Positions 30,943 to 45,554 are shown, counted from the stretch's first letter. The stretch is DNA of 64,000 nt from the human T2T-CHM13v2.0 reference genome, Homo sapiens (GCF_009914755.1 NC_060930.1), one strand, 5' to 3'. A program made the numbers and translations. The notes: generated by a model not told the origin, from the sequence alone.

Positions 30943-33724
30943 TATTTTAAGGCCACTATTACAATGGAGACAAATAATATATATAATTTTATGATAAACA
31001 CCAGGCACTTTCCAGAACTATATGGGATAATACAGTTTACTTTTTATTTGAAAAACAAAATAAATTAATGGTGACAAAATAAATGTTGAAACGTTAGTGA
31101 ATGAATATCTTCAAATTATAGTAGGCATCTTCCTTTTGTTTTTACTCAGATTTTATTTAAATTAGACTGTGAGCAAGTTTTAATAATGGCAATATGATTT
31201 CCTAAATTATTAGTTGGACTATCGTATGTAAAATTTTAATTTTGAATAACACAAAGCCTAATAAGAAACTTCATGAAACAAACACCACAAAACAGACCAA
31301 GGCAGATCCTGAATACTGCCTGTGGGAGCCCGAGTGTTGGGGATGAGTTAAAACTCCCCTGCAGGCCACAAATAAGTGACAGGGAAGATAGCTACATCTT
31401 TGTCTCTACATCTACGCTTAATTTATACCTATCCATTATACTTATCCATCAATAGATAAGTCTATTTCTATGTTTTTACTCAGCAAAGCCTACTTTACTA
31501 GGAGACAATGATTAAAACAACAAGAACAACAAAAAACTCATGACATGGGTAATTCCTTTATAATCTTATTTGGGGGGTTAAAGAAAACTATTCATTTGAA
31601 CTTGCACTTTCTAAAGGTAATATTTCCTAAATCAATCACTTTATTTAAAATGCAAACAGATCTTACCTGGCATATTATTTACTTGAGAAATGACCTCTTT
31701 CTTAGGAGTGCCACCTTGGGAGCTAGCACTGAGAATTCATGGTCATCTCTTAAATTAACAACTGTTGTTACCTTTCATTTTTTTCCATAATAGATGCACA
31801 TGTTGTCACTAAAGAAGAAGAAATTAAAACGACAATTCCTTCCAAACCACACAGACTTGCAGAGAACATTTAAGCAGTACAAAATTTATCACTAAAATAA
31901 TGAAAGTAAAAAGGCAGAATGTTTATATTTCATATCAATTGACAGATTATGAATGACTTTAAAATGCTAGTGTTATAGATATTGCAAACTAGCATTTTTA
32001 GACATAAGCCCTAGTAAGAAAGCAAAAAAAAAAAAACTGTTAACACTTAGATTGTGCAGTGATGCATATGGATACACGTGCAAATACACAGTTTAGAAAA
32101 TAATAAACGAATTACACATTTCCATGAAAAGCTTCCTTCAGTTTCACTATAAGATAATTCTCCCATATAATGTATAATGATGTACCTTACAAAGGAAGTA
32201 GGATGAATCTAAACTCAGGGAAGGAGTGAGGTCTAGGTGGAGTAGAGAGAAGAGTGAGAAATGGAAAGAAGAAACACTTCAAGTAAAATTTTACTTTCTT
32301 CAATACAGTGGATCCAAAGTCATTTCAGCCAGCATGTCACAACCTACTTACACATCAACTAGGTTTGAGTGACAAAAATTCACCAAGCCAGAAATGATGC
32401 AGTATTTGTCAAAAAGATTGAACCGCACTTTCATATTAGTACAAAAAACCGACAGTGCATGATTATTGCCACAAGCATGAGGTTGTTTAGGGGATAATGC
32501 GAGCACCTTAACAGTAGGTAGTAATGGAAAATGTCTAACTCTCTTTCTTACCTTTCAAGGCAGGCACTTGTAATATGCCTTGTTATCCTGCCAAACCATT
32601 TCTCACTCCAGACTCTTTAAGTACCACCTGTCCAAGCTGAGAATATATTTTTAACTGAAGACATATACAATATTCCTCACTAAAAACCACGATATAACAA
32701 ATGCGTTACTAGTCCCATGAAAATTAAACTATTATGTACTGTTTGTAATAAGGGAGCAGCTCTGTTTTGCTGTTGTGCTGCATGAAGTAGACATTGATTT
32801 CTCTATTATTTAGAGACTTCTGATGATTTGTATATTAAAGGGCTGTAAGTATGCCCTATTGTTTTATAGAAGAATATTTTAAATTCTGGATGAATTTCTT
32901 CATTAGATCAATTCTTGATGTTAAATTTAAGATAAAGGTAACATTTACCCCATTTTAACTTTATTATTACAAGTATATGTATACATGTTTCAGTCAAAAA
33001 TATGTTTCTAAAAGCTTAGATTTCCAAATTTGACTCTCTTAGAGCCAATTTCATAATTGAGGCACTTCTAACTCGTCTTCTTAAAAAATAAGGGATTGAT
33101 CAACCAACTCTGGAGAATGTTTTGAAAATCTTTTCACTACACAACTAATAACTGATTTGACTAAGCAGAGCTTTAAAAATGGGCTTACTGGTTATTTACA
33201 AAATTATAATTATAAAAATGTTATCACTGAGATAAAGGAGATCAGCTAAAAAAGTAGAAATCAAATTAATACCCAGGATAATTAGCATCATACTTAAGGA
33301 CTGGAACAGCTTAGGGAATGAATCACTAACAATTTTCCCTACCTTTGTTTTAATAATAGGCAATTGTACAGTCATCTTCTTCAGATGATATTTGTACTGC
33401 TGTTCTTAATAAAACAACTCAGTCTTGCTGACCTACTTTTTAGTTTATAATAACATTCCAGTAAAATCTGAAAGGGTAGAAACATTTATTTTCTTCTCTT
33501 CACTGAAAGAGAGATAGGTGCTTTATCTCCCCTGTGCTACTGAAAATCCTTGGAAAGTCTAAATATTTAAGTTTGTCCTACAGAGGCTTCTGACTCAAGG
33601 GTTTAAAAAATCAGGGTAATTATTTTCGCTCATTACCAAAGCACTCAAGTGTAGAACTTGATAAAAAATTTTAAAAATAAGTTGTTCTAATTGGATGTTG
33701 TAGTAAGATATCAAAGTAATACTG

Positions 33725-33965
33725 ATATGTAGATATATATATATAGTGTGTGTGTATATATATAATGTGTATATATATACACACCCACTATAGATATATG
33801 CATATCAATGTATATATACTAGATATATATGTATGTATATGATATGCACATACATATACACACGTACATATAAGTGTGTAACATGTACATATGTGTGTAC
33901 ATACGTGTGTATATGACATATATTCTATATCTAGCATATATACATATATATTCTCTCACACACAC
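33725..33965. repeat. Degenerate (TA/TG/CA)n low-complexity tract
   Basis: Alternating purine-pyrimidine sequence. Confidence 0.85.
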
Positions 33966-36900
33966 TAACTATAGGTATATCAATATATTCCAAAGAATGG
34001 GCACACCAGCACTGCTAATCATGGGGCCATATGCTCAGGTCCTTCTCCTGTCATCCTGTGGAGGCATCTGAAGGGTGCATATACAGCATATGAGCACCAG
34101 GAACCACTAGGGTGAGGGACAATGAGAAGTAAGAGAGCAATAAAGGGACGAATATAGAAATATGCTCAACACACATTAGCTTACTTGCAAGTATGCCTGG
34201 GATTGGATGATAAAAACCAACAGTAAACTACATTTGATTCTGCCCTTAGCATAATGCTCTGAGCTACCCATTCTGGGGAACAATTAAAATGCAGCTACAG
34301 AAATCACAATTCAACAAACTGATCACAGTTCATAAATCACATATTGAACAAATTTAAATACTTGTGAACACAAAACAATCTGCTACATATTTTTAAGTTA
34401 TCTCTATGTAAAATAATTACCAGTTTCTGCCCTTGAGCAGGGAGGCTTGAGTAATCAGAATAGTTCATGCAATAAGATACTAACATATACAGTGAAATTT
34501 TTCCTACAAGAGCATAATTTCTAAAAATGTGGTTGAAAGAAACTTACTTCAATTTCCAATTCAAGGAAATTATAGTATACTCATGAATCTCGCAAGAGGA
34601 ATTAAATGGTGATGACACTTAAATCTGTATATCCTGCTGTCTGCCCTCTCTATGAACCATAAACCCAGGAAAATAACTGCCTGACCCAATGCCTCATTTC
34701 TAAAAATAAGCACAGAGATTTGCCTTCTAAAACTTTCCCCAATGTTTGAGCCCTTCAAGTTAAAACCTGTCCCTATACCTTAATGTTCCAAGCCAGAATT
34801 CACTTCCAATGTGTCACCAAGTTCTACTGATTCTACCTATCAAATCTCTTTCAACACCTGTCTCCTCATTGGAATTCTTATCTCCTCTGCTTCGGTTCAA
34901 GTACTGATCAATTTTTGCTTAGACTGAAGTAGCAGCCTTCTAATCTTTCTGAAATCTCCTTTCAGTCCTTTTCTTAAACTATCATTAGAGAAATCTTTAG
35001 AAAACACAAATTATTCTAAGCATTCTAATAAAAATTCAAATAATTCATTCTTTAAAAAATGTATTCCCTTACATAAAATATTTTAATGTATTAATTAAGA
35101 ATTAAGATGAACTGATGGATGAATAAAAAGATGTAAAGGTAGATCAACATTTAGTATAGCAAATACAGCAAAGGTAAATTATAGTGGTGGACATATGAGT
35201 GTTCACTGTATAATTCCTTCAGATTTCTGCATGTTTGTAGTTTTTAAAATATTAGAGGAAAAATATCTTTAATGAAATGACTTTTAATGTAGCAATGGCT
35301 AATATTTACTATGGTCTTCTTATGTCTCATACATTGTGCTAAGTAAGCACTCTGCAGGAGTCATCTCCATTGATGTGAAGGAAAAATGTTTAATATTGTA
35401 AACATGTTTGTGGCTATCCAGAAAGAAGAAGGAGTGGGGAGGGAAAAGAAACCCTCATTTGTAGCACTTAAAATTTCAGTGCTCTAACGTTGCCACTAGC
35501 GTAAAAATTAGGAATAAGTGAGCATCAGAGGATCATTATATAGTGTTTCCAACATACAGATAAAATAAACATAAATAACCTCAAGAATAGAAATAATGGT
35601 ATAATATATTAAAATAACTAGGAGGTTTAAGTGCATGTTCCTTTGTTTAAAATATACTTGTAAATATATATAAATTTATTTCAAAATAATCATTTCACAA
35701 CCAGCTGGCAAAATTCCTGCAAATTTAATAAATTGATTGTTAGCTTTAGTACATGCCCAAATAGCTCAAAAGTATCAAATTGGGCAGGTTCAGTTATTGA
35801 TTTTTATTTTATAGATGAAGAAGTGAAACATTACATTAAATTACTTGCACATCAGTAAGGATTACAGCAAGATTTGAACCTAGACTTTACTGGCTCTCAA
35901 ACCTTAAGATAACCACCTATTTTACTGATTGACTGCTTGATGAAATTATACTCATATTTTAGAGATGTTTTGTGCACATCTATTATACAGCTTATTGGTT
36001 TAATTATTAACCTGCATGTCTACCTTCTAACCATTCTGGGCAGCTCAACACAGAAATGCATTCAGGCAGCCTCAGTTTGCATTTATGAGTTTACACTAGT
36101 GCCTGACACACAGCAATTACTCAGTACTTGTGAGCTACTGTAATCATAATTCTCTAGACTTTGAGTAGCTAGAGAACAGAGTTTTTATCTTAGAATATCC
36201 AGTAATTTAGACAGAGTCTAGAATACAGGAGATACTCATGTAAAAGAAAAGCTTAAAAATGCAATACAAATGATAGTCTTGGTTTTTCTCCTACAATAGC
36301 TGTTTGATATTGATCAAATCACTTCCCTATTGAGACTAAATGCCCAGAATGATGATTAATAAAGGAGTTGGACTTGATTAATTATAAAGCACTTACTTGC
36401 ACTAAAACCATATGATTGGCCTTGATGGTGTCAGTAAAGCGCATTGATATAATACTTTCAAAAAGTAGTTGAATAGTATTTGTCAAGAACTTTTCAGTTA
36501 TGTGGAAAAAAGGTACATTCATGATCTTCACTGCGGCTTTTACAATGGCCAATAGCGGGAGTTAGTCCAAACTTTCAGTAACATAAGAATGGTTACATAC
36601 ATTCAGATATATATATATATCCAACAGAATATTAAGCAGTCATTTAAAGTGATGGTGATAATGTTCTGTAGAAACAAAGGAAATGGGTTGGCATGATGGC
36701 AATTACAATAAGCGGAATATAGAACTGTATATACTTTGTACTTTACAACTAAAATACTCCCAGGAACAGAGAAAAATAATAGTGCATTGACAAAAATGAC
36801 AATAGTTTTGTAAACATTCTAAAATAATGAGTTTTTTTCTAAATTCTAGTTGCAACATTTGATGTATTATTTTAATATATACATAATTTAAAAAAATAAT

Positions 36901-39776
36901 TTGGGTACGTAAGCTCTATGCAGTCTTTACAGAATATGGGACTTCCAGCAAGGGCCCTCCAAAGAAATCAAGCTTAAGGATAGCTAGTTCACCCATGTCA
37001 CATTTTATCCACCTAAACAGAAAGGATTTGGCTGTTGTAGAAAGAAAACTCTAAATCAGTATCTGCCCCCCACCCCAAATAAAAGCACAACATCCAAACA
37101 TGCACAATGCACACACATGCATGAAATGCAAAATTAGCTGGAGGAGAGAGATGGAGAAGCAGGAAAGAGGACTCTGGAACAATGACTCTGCTTTAATATT
37201 CTTCACTAATATAATTTTTAAGGTGGTATCTAAATTTTTAAAATTAATTCCTCTTAAAAGGAGAGTGTGTACATATATATATGCATATGTGTGTGTATAT
37301 TCCTTGTATTAGCAAAAGGTATTATAGGTTCATATGTAACAAAAATATGGTTTTTAGTAAATTTTGGGTAGGTTGAATAACAGGACAGAATATAGCAACT
37401 GCTTAAAATAATTTAATTAACAGGTAATAATAAACTGTTTTATGATTGCTTATTATTATTTTGTTGTGGTGAGGGACTATGTAGAAGTGGGAAATAATAA
37501 CATAGCCAAAGAATGAAAGATGAGTTCTTTAAACTCAACTTCACTGAGATGATTTGGCTGAGACAATTAAAATGAACATCACTCAATGATTTCTAGGCCA
37601 TATCATATGTAGTGACAGCTGAATTTGCACAGATCTTGCTTAGGGTGACATAAAAGGCATGAATTTCTGCCCTTTGAAGTTCATTTTTTACTGAGTTCAC
37701 AAAGTTTACTATAAATAAGAAGACTTGGGATTAGAATTCACTCATTTGCTTTTTCCTTTGAACATGCTTTTTTTCCCCTCTGCAGTTTACATTCAGGTTG
37801 GTGGAGAGGAAAGAAGATTGAAGAGTTATCCTCCAGCAATTATTAGCCATGATAAGGCCATATCTTGCAGGAAGACAATGAAGACCAGAAAGTGAGATCC
37901 TAAGCTGATGATTCCATGTAGTAATGAGTCAAATTAAATGATGAAAATAATGAGATTCATCCATATATCATTTTTTTCAATCAAGAAATTGCACAGAATG
38001 ACCAACACTCCCCCAAAATGCTAATAATACCTAGGATGGGTATGGTTATCCATACCCATCTGTCAGAACCTGATTTAGAGATTTCTTTCATATTTCAAAA
38101 CAAAGAAAGGAAATCACAATTCAACAAAAGATATGAATAGGGTGTGAGAATTGAAGACAGAAGTAAATTCTCTAGGTAAAGAGAAAGAAAATCAAGAGCA
38201 AGTCTATACCTCATAGTGACCCCAATAGCACCATCAAAGAAAAGTCTCAAACTCACAGGCTAGATCTCTTGAACCTGTCTTTGTGACTAACACATCCCTT
38301 AGAGTTTGATGCCTAGATCTATATCTTTAAAATTCTATCTAGGTCATTTTCTTCATCATATACTCCTGGTGTTATCATCATTTAAGACATTATAAATATA
38401 CCATTTTACTTTTAAAGCCATTTCTACTTCCTGATATCAAATAAAAAACCTAGGACTTGAGGGGAAAGAACATTTCATGAGACTGATGCTGTTATTCAAA
38501 TCATTTCTACCTGAAGATTTATTGTAGTTATGCAAAATTCAATAAAAACAAACAAAGCCAATAAAAAGAGTACTTAATGATACAGTTAACAGACTCAGCA
38601 TGTGGTAAAGTACTATGAATAAATAAATACAGTGTCATTAACACTGGTTACCAAATGTCTTTCACCAACTAGTCAGTCAGATGACACAATTTTAAGGTGA
38701 AAACAACCCAACTCTATTAGTAAAGTTAATTACACTGCTACTGATGATACCACCTATAAGGAAATGTGCCTTGAATTGGGATGTATGACTAACTGTACAA
38801 CCTGCTCCTGAGGTGAAACCCAAAAGGTACTGGGCAAGGCTATTTCATATTTGTTCAACTTTCATGACTCTTATGCTGGGAACTCCTAGCATAATAGACC
38901 ATTAGCAGAATGTATAGGTGTTGATTACCTTATAAGTCAGTCTGTCTCTGTCTCTCCATTTCCATAGAAATTTAGAATAACATTTCTATATTCCCATGAA
39001 CCCCAGAGGTTTAAAAAAACACAAACAACTTTGATGATATATATTAGAATATGAACTATATCTTTCATTTTAATACCTCCATCTGTCCATATAGATTTCC
39101 TATATCTGAGTAGAAAGGAAAGAGGGAAGGCAAACCATCCTTATGGTGACTACTGGCTAGACATTGTTTTATGCATTATTTCACAAGTAAGGAATTATGG
39201 ATAAGGCCATGGCTTTGTTCAACGGAAGCATTAAACCAACTCTGTTTAGAAAAATTAATAGTGTTTGGGAAAAATTATTTTTGGTCAGATATTATCCCTC
39301 TCTTCTTTGGATTACTGAAGTATGTTATATTTTTATTGTATCATTTATTATATTTTTATTATGGTTATAACACTAGCCTGTCAATTCCTTAAGAGCAGGA
39401 ATGTTGTCTTCTCAATGTTTTATCTTCTGCAGTCCTGCGTGTGGCGATGTGTACAACTTGGGCCCTCACTAAAATTTGTGAAATAATTAAACATCTCATC
39501 AAATACACAGTAGCTCTTGAATTTATCTCCAATCTCTCATGATTTTCCCCTCTAATATAATGTATTATACCATTTTTTTCATGTGTATTAATATTGGACA
39601 ATTCACATATTTGAATAAGAAAAGTAATTCAAACAATAAAGTTATTCACTTATAACATATCTTTAAAATCCCCTTATAAAAGTAACCTTCCTGATTATTA
39701 TGAATGATAATATTTTCCAGGAATTTATGGATTTCCTGTTTCTGATTTGAAATGAGAAAGATGCTGTAGAGAAGAC

Positions 39777-39824
<48 letters not shown>
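39777..39824. repeat. (ATCT)12 tetranucleotide STR
   Basis: Twelve perfect ATCT units. Confidence 0.97.
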
Positions 39825-39826
<2 letters not shown>

Positions 39827-39974
39827 ATGCATGTTTTCATGATCTCTCTGCTTCTAGTCCTTCCTTAGCTTCCAGAGATGGGATGATCCTTTTACAAACA
39901 AATCTAGTAATGTCAGTCTGTATCATACAAACAACTAGGTAATCATGTTAGATTATGTTATTATCCATAATATA

Positions 39975-40097
39975 TTCTCTTTCTTTTCTAATAACAGAGC
40001 AAGATTAGTAGACATTCCTGATGAAATAGTAACCATGGTTTCTCTCAAATTTGCAGTCTACCTGAAAATTAGCAGAATGTATAGGTGTTGACTACCT
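39975..40097 (+). repeat. Composite local duplication (copies of 43039-43133 and 38901-38930)
   Basis: 39975-40069 matches 43039-43133 (95 bp, 1 mismatch); 40068-40097 matches 38901-38930 (30 bp, 1 mismatch). Confidence 0.93.
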
Positions 40098-43000
40098 ATA
40101 CATTATCCATTAGAGGTAGATCATGTTAGACTTAGCTGCAGCTCACCTGCCAGCCTCAGTTCTACCACAAGCCTAGAGTTAGCCAGTGATCCACCTGAAC
40201 CCATCTATTTTCAGAAACCCAAAAATATCATTAATGTTTACGAGGAGGTAAAAACATGCAGTTTGCTCTCATTTTATTCATTTCACTTTGCATTTATTCT
40301 GTTTATAGGTCTGGTCCCTAGTGACTTCTAGGAGCTTAAGTGTGAGGCATTGGTTGTATAACTTTGAAGACCTATTAATTAACACGGTACTGTTAACAAA
40401 GAAAGAAGCCAACAGAAGTTTTTTTCTGAATAAATATTTTTCAAACAGAAGTATTCTCTACAGAATCTAAAAACCAAAAATTAGGTTATTACTCACAAAA
40501 AGGAAATCTAAAATGAAATTTTATTCTTACATTCCCAAGAAAATTGAAGAACTGCTTCCATTACTTTTCCTGTGGCTTTTTACCTTTAGTTTGTTTTTTA
40601 TTTCAATAATAATAATAGCATTGCCTTTTAAATTTCTTGCTCAAAAACAATACAAAGCCATATAAAGATCATATATAAGAAGCTCATACATTTCAAAAAA
40701 ATTTAAAGCAAGCATTGATATAAGCCAACAATTTAAATCAAATAGTAAGTCATCCTTACATTGTGAAACCGAACCAACTCTTAGAAGAGTTGTTTATTTT
40801 GTTTCAACCTCTAGGCTGAGTGTTAGCGGTTACTAGTCTTTGTGATTGATAACTATCTTAAACCATAGCAAAAATCAATATATGGTACCATTTTGCTGAT
40901 GATGCTATAGACTAAAGGCTAAAATTTAACTTCTCACTTTGTGGTTTCTGGTATATGCCTGAGTATTATTTTGTTTTGTTTTTCCTTCCATTTTGGATTT
41001 GGGACAAGAAAAAAAATGCATTTTTAGTAAATGCTTACTTTTAAAATAAGACACTCTCCTTTTCACTGCTTCATAGATCTAACTGTTTCACTGAAAATTG
41101 CCAAGAGCATTGAACTTCAATATAAGAGTAGAGAGTAGTTTTCCCAACTGCATAAATGTATTATGTTCTGGACACTCTGAACTATTGACCTTCCCTATGA
41201 GAGAGATGCTGCTAAAATGTCAGTTAATCATAAAGCAGTTCCACAATGGGTTACCCAGAAGCAGAAGGCAATTTAAAAGAGCAATTTTAACATGCAATTG
41301 CCAAAGCATGCAACACAGACAATTTCTGATGATGGCATATTTTATTTCCATTTAATAAGAGAAAGAGAAACTGTATTTGCCTAGCTTCTATACCAGATGG
41401 TATACCCAGAGGAAATAGACACACAGAAAAAAAAAAAGCAAGCATACTTTCTCTGATTGTTCACTGGAGTTTCTGAATTACTTCCCTTTTAAGACAAATT
41501 AAAAATTTATGAAGTGCCTGAAGAAACATTATGTGAACAATAGCATGGGTCAGAGTATAAAGTAACAGCGAAATAATCATACCCCTCAGGTTCCTAGAGA
41601 AGCATGAGGTAGGCTTCAGTGGCTTCAGCCACTGGAGGCTGTAATTACCACCTCTCCTAAGTCAGAGACCCTGAAGCAACTAATTGCAGTTACCAAATGA
41701 TTATAATGCACTTTGGAAGGAAAACAAACAAACAAAAAGCTTTGGCAACCAGACAGGATATTTTCAGAAAAGGATAAAGTACTTTTACACTTTAACTGTT
41801 TAAAGTATTTAAAACACAGCATATATTGGAGAGTTAAGCACTAATCAATTGGGCTTTCAATAAATGTGAAGTTGCAAATATTAACCTATATTTTCTCAGA
41901 GAATAAGTTAGCCATGCAGACTCTATTTTTTAAAATGTACATCTCTTCCAGACTTTACTTGTTGTGCTTTTATTTACTCATGCTATACTATTATAAGAGG
42001 GAGAAAAATCACCTATGATAGGAATAAGAGGAATAAGTATTAAGGCCGTTAAAAGTCTGAGAAAAGGAGTTGAGGCCCATCTGTCTGATATTGGACAAGT
42101 TACTGTTTTGTTTTTGTTTCCTGAGTCTTAAATTTACCAACTAAAAAGTGAGAAAATAATATATTTCACAGGATTGGTGTGAAAATAAAATATCATGATA
42201 CATTCACTTCATATGTTGATTCTACACTAGCATTAATCCATACTTGGCCACAAAAAAACCTACATTTACATTTGAAAATGTAAAATTTATTTTTTATTAT
42301 AAATAAGGAAAACCTTTGTATTGACTTGCTGGAAAATTATTTATTGACAGATTTCCATCAAATAAACATTTACTATTATCAGAAATAAAAGGTCAATGCC
42401 TCAAATACCTTAAAATGGAATTTTAAAAACAGTAAATTGTAAGTAATTTACTTTTTGATTGGTACTTATTTTTACAGCCACATAGTCTAACATGCAGGGA
42501 CTATTAAAATAGCTACTTTAAAATTATCAACATTTATTCAATCAGATTATATTAATGGCAAATTCTACAACTGTAACATGGAATAGTCCCAGTCCTAATT
42601 AAAAAAGAATGGTTTATAAATCTAGTATTCAGTTCCTCTTATAGAACCAGTATTTAGGCATGCAGAATTTAACAAAATTAGATGGTAACTTCCTCCAAAG
42701 GTTATTTTTGGAGTCTCAAAGGTATTTCCCAAGATTATGAAGCATTTATAAGTTTTTGCAATCTGTACTAAAATTCAGTTAATATCATAGTTAACATAAA
42801 CTGTGTTCTATTTTGTTGATATGAACTTCTGGGCTGAGGCCAGTAGTGGTATTGGTAATTTCAAGTCTGGGGGACCTGAAATTTGGGGAAAGGTAAATGG
42901 ATCTTAAAGAAGGGAAGTGGATGAACATACATCATAATCCTAACTAACACTCTGTATTTAATTATACTATATATCAATTATGTTCCATTTCTTTTTATAG

Positions 43001-43417
43001 ACTGTTTAAAAATTAATACAATATATACTTCCATAAGCTTCTCTTTATTTTCTAATAACAGAGCAAGATTAGTAGACATTCCTGATGAAATAGTAACCAT
43101 GGTTTCTCTCAAATTTGCAGTCTACCTGAAAATCTAGTCTATAAGTACTTCCCTCCCCAAAAATCTTGCAGACATACCTTATGAGGACATTAATTAGCTA
43201 TAATAAACATGTGATAAAAATTCACTACATGTGAAAGATAGTTTTAAAAACAAATAAACTTAATACTGTTGGGAGTAAAACTACAAGTGATTGAGCCTGA
43301 AAGCATTTTATGCCACAAAGAATACACAAATTAAATGTTTCTCAGAAAAAAGAATCAGATAAAAAGACAGTATAATTCCAAAATATCAAGACATTTATAA
43401 GTTAGAAAGCAGCTATG

Positions 43418-43699
<282 letters not shown>

Positions 43700-44770
43700 C
43701 TATGAGTGTAAGTTAACTATCCTCATTCCCTCTCACATAGATAGGGCTATTCTCAGAATAAAACACTTCAAAGCACTTTATAGTAATATTTTTACTTAAA
43801 CAGTCCAAAGTCCACTCAGAACATAAGTATGGGGATAAATCAATATTCAGTAACATGTTTTTATCCACTTAACACAGTATAACTGGCTTCAAAACACAAT
43901 ATTATTTACATGCAATCTCCATGGCTTTCACATCTGGAACCAATTTCAAATAATTCCTAAGTTAAACAAAAATTACATTATATTAACAATACACTGTGTG
44001 GTAATGCTAATTTTTTAAAGACCTATTTTGACGAAAATAAAAAAATAAAGCAGGTGAGATATTTAAAAGAAAGTAGTTTGGGCACAGGAAGTCAAGAGGG
44101 AAATCACTGGAATACCAAATTGTCAAAATTGTTAAAATTTATATGTACATTATAAATGTATGTATATGTAGAAAAGTGTAATTTTATTAGAAAACATGTA
44201 TGCAGTATTCTTAGTAAAATGGACTCCATAGTTCAATTTTTCACATTAGCATGGGATATTAATTTTGGAATAGAGAGTGAACTAATTTTTAGTTTCCAAA
44301 TTGCTTCCTCTTTAAATGATTTCTCTGACTAGTTGAGATTATGGGGTCAACTTGCCTCTCCCTCAGAAAGTTTATCTTCTATCACAGAAACAATTTGTCA
44401 CATGACCTCGATTGAAAGGACATAGACATACAGAATATTTGAAAAGCAAATTGTGAGATTTAGGCTGAGCCATGGAAATTTACCCAACATCTTCTAGCTT
44501 AAGCTCCTTTTCAACAACCAGATAAATATATACAGCAATCAGCAAATTATTGGACTCTCTATCATCTAAGTCTCAGGCTAATAGTTGAGAAGTTAAATTT
44601 CCTATTAGTAAACATCTTTCAGCAGGAGTTTTTGATATATAAATATGATGCTGGACTAAAAAATATGTTCTACGATACATCAGGTAACTGAATGGGTTTT
44701 GCTTGGATGGTAGCTCAGTACTCCTGGTGGGTAGCCCAACAATACTGTCAATGATAAACAGATGCTCAAG

Positions 44771-44949
44771 AAACAAAAGACAAAATAAACACTACACTAA
44801 AAATGTAGTCAAGTAAATTAGATATTTAAACTTTTTATTGGCTTTTAATTAATAGCTAACAATTCCTCCCATTATAACATGGTAAAGAACCAGGATGTGT
44901 GGTTATATACAATTTTTTAATTTTCATTTTTTTGTGTTTTCTCCATACA
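44771..44949 (-). terminator. Candidate intronic cleavage/polyadenylation signal
   Basis: The - strand has UGUA motifs (44949-44946, 44911-44908), AATAAA (44839-44834) and a U/GU-rich downstream element TTTTTAGTGTAGTGTTTATTTTGTCTTTTGTTT (44803-44771). Confidence 0.4.
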
Positions 44950-45554
44950 CTATTATTTTCACTACTCAGTTTTAGTCATGAGGAAGGCAACAGAAAGGCT
45001 TAAAGTGTAAGGAAAATCTCTCTGTGTTCTGCAGCTGGGTGTCAAGCTCCTGAGGTAATCCTCAACAACAGGACATTCTGAAGAAAATAGTTATCTCAAC
45101 GAGGCATTGTCCAGAGTAACTTTTCTTATCCATATTATAAGATGTGGCCTTTACACTGACTGTAACAAAATTACTGAGGGAGAGAATTTCCACGTAGTAA
45201 AAAAGTATTCGGTATTTGCTTGAACTAAAATGATCTTTTCTCTCAATAATGCTTTCAATTACAGCTATCAGAGATTTTTGGACTGAATATGTAGCAGGCT
45301 CACCAAAACTACCATGCCAAAAAAGGACTCTAGATTCATAATAATAATGGCTTGAGAATAGAGAAGCACTCCCATGTCCTCAAATCAGTCAAATTATGAC
45401 ATAATCAAGGTGATGATTTATGTAATTCATTGGAACTCTTAATAGTGTGACTATATCATATATCAAATAATGAGAACCTTCAACACTGCATGTATTAATG
45501 TGTCTTATGCTAGATTCCTTCACAAGGTAGAAAAGGTCTGCTACTCAGTCTTAC

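Noticed and set aside
34224-34239. 16-mer taaactacatttgatt repeated near 62624
   Set aside because: A single AT-rich 16-mer match in 64 kb is about what chance predicts, and it does not extend.
39900-39936. Extra 9-10-mer matches to the donor neighbourhoods (aaatctagt, gtcagtctgt, acaaacaact)
   Set aside because: Could extend the patchwork, but the stretch also resembles L2 consensus and matches this short may be chance.
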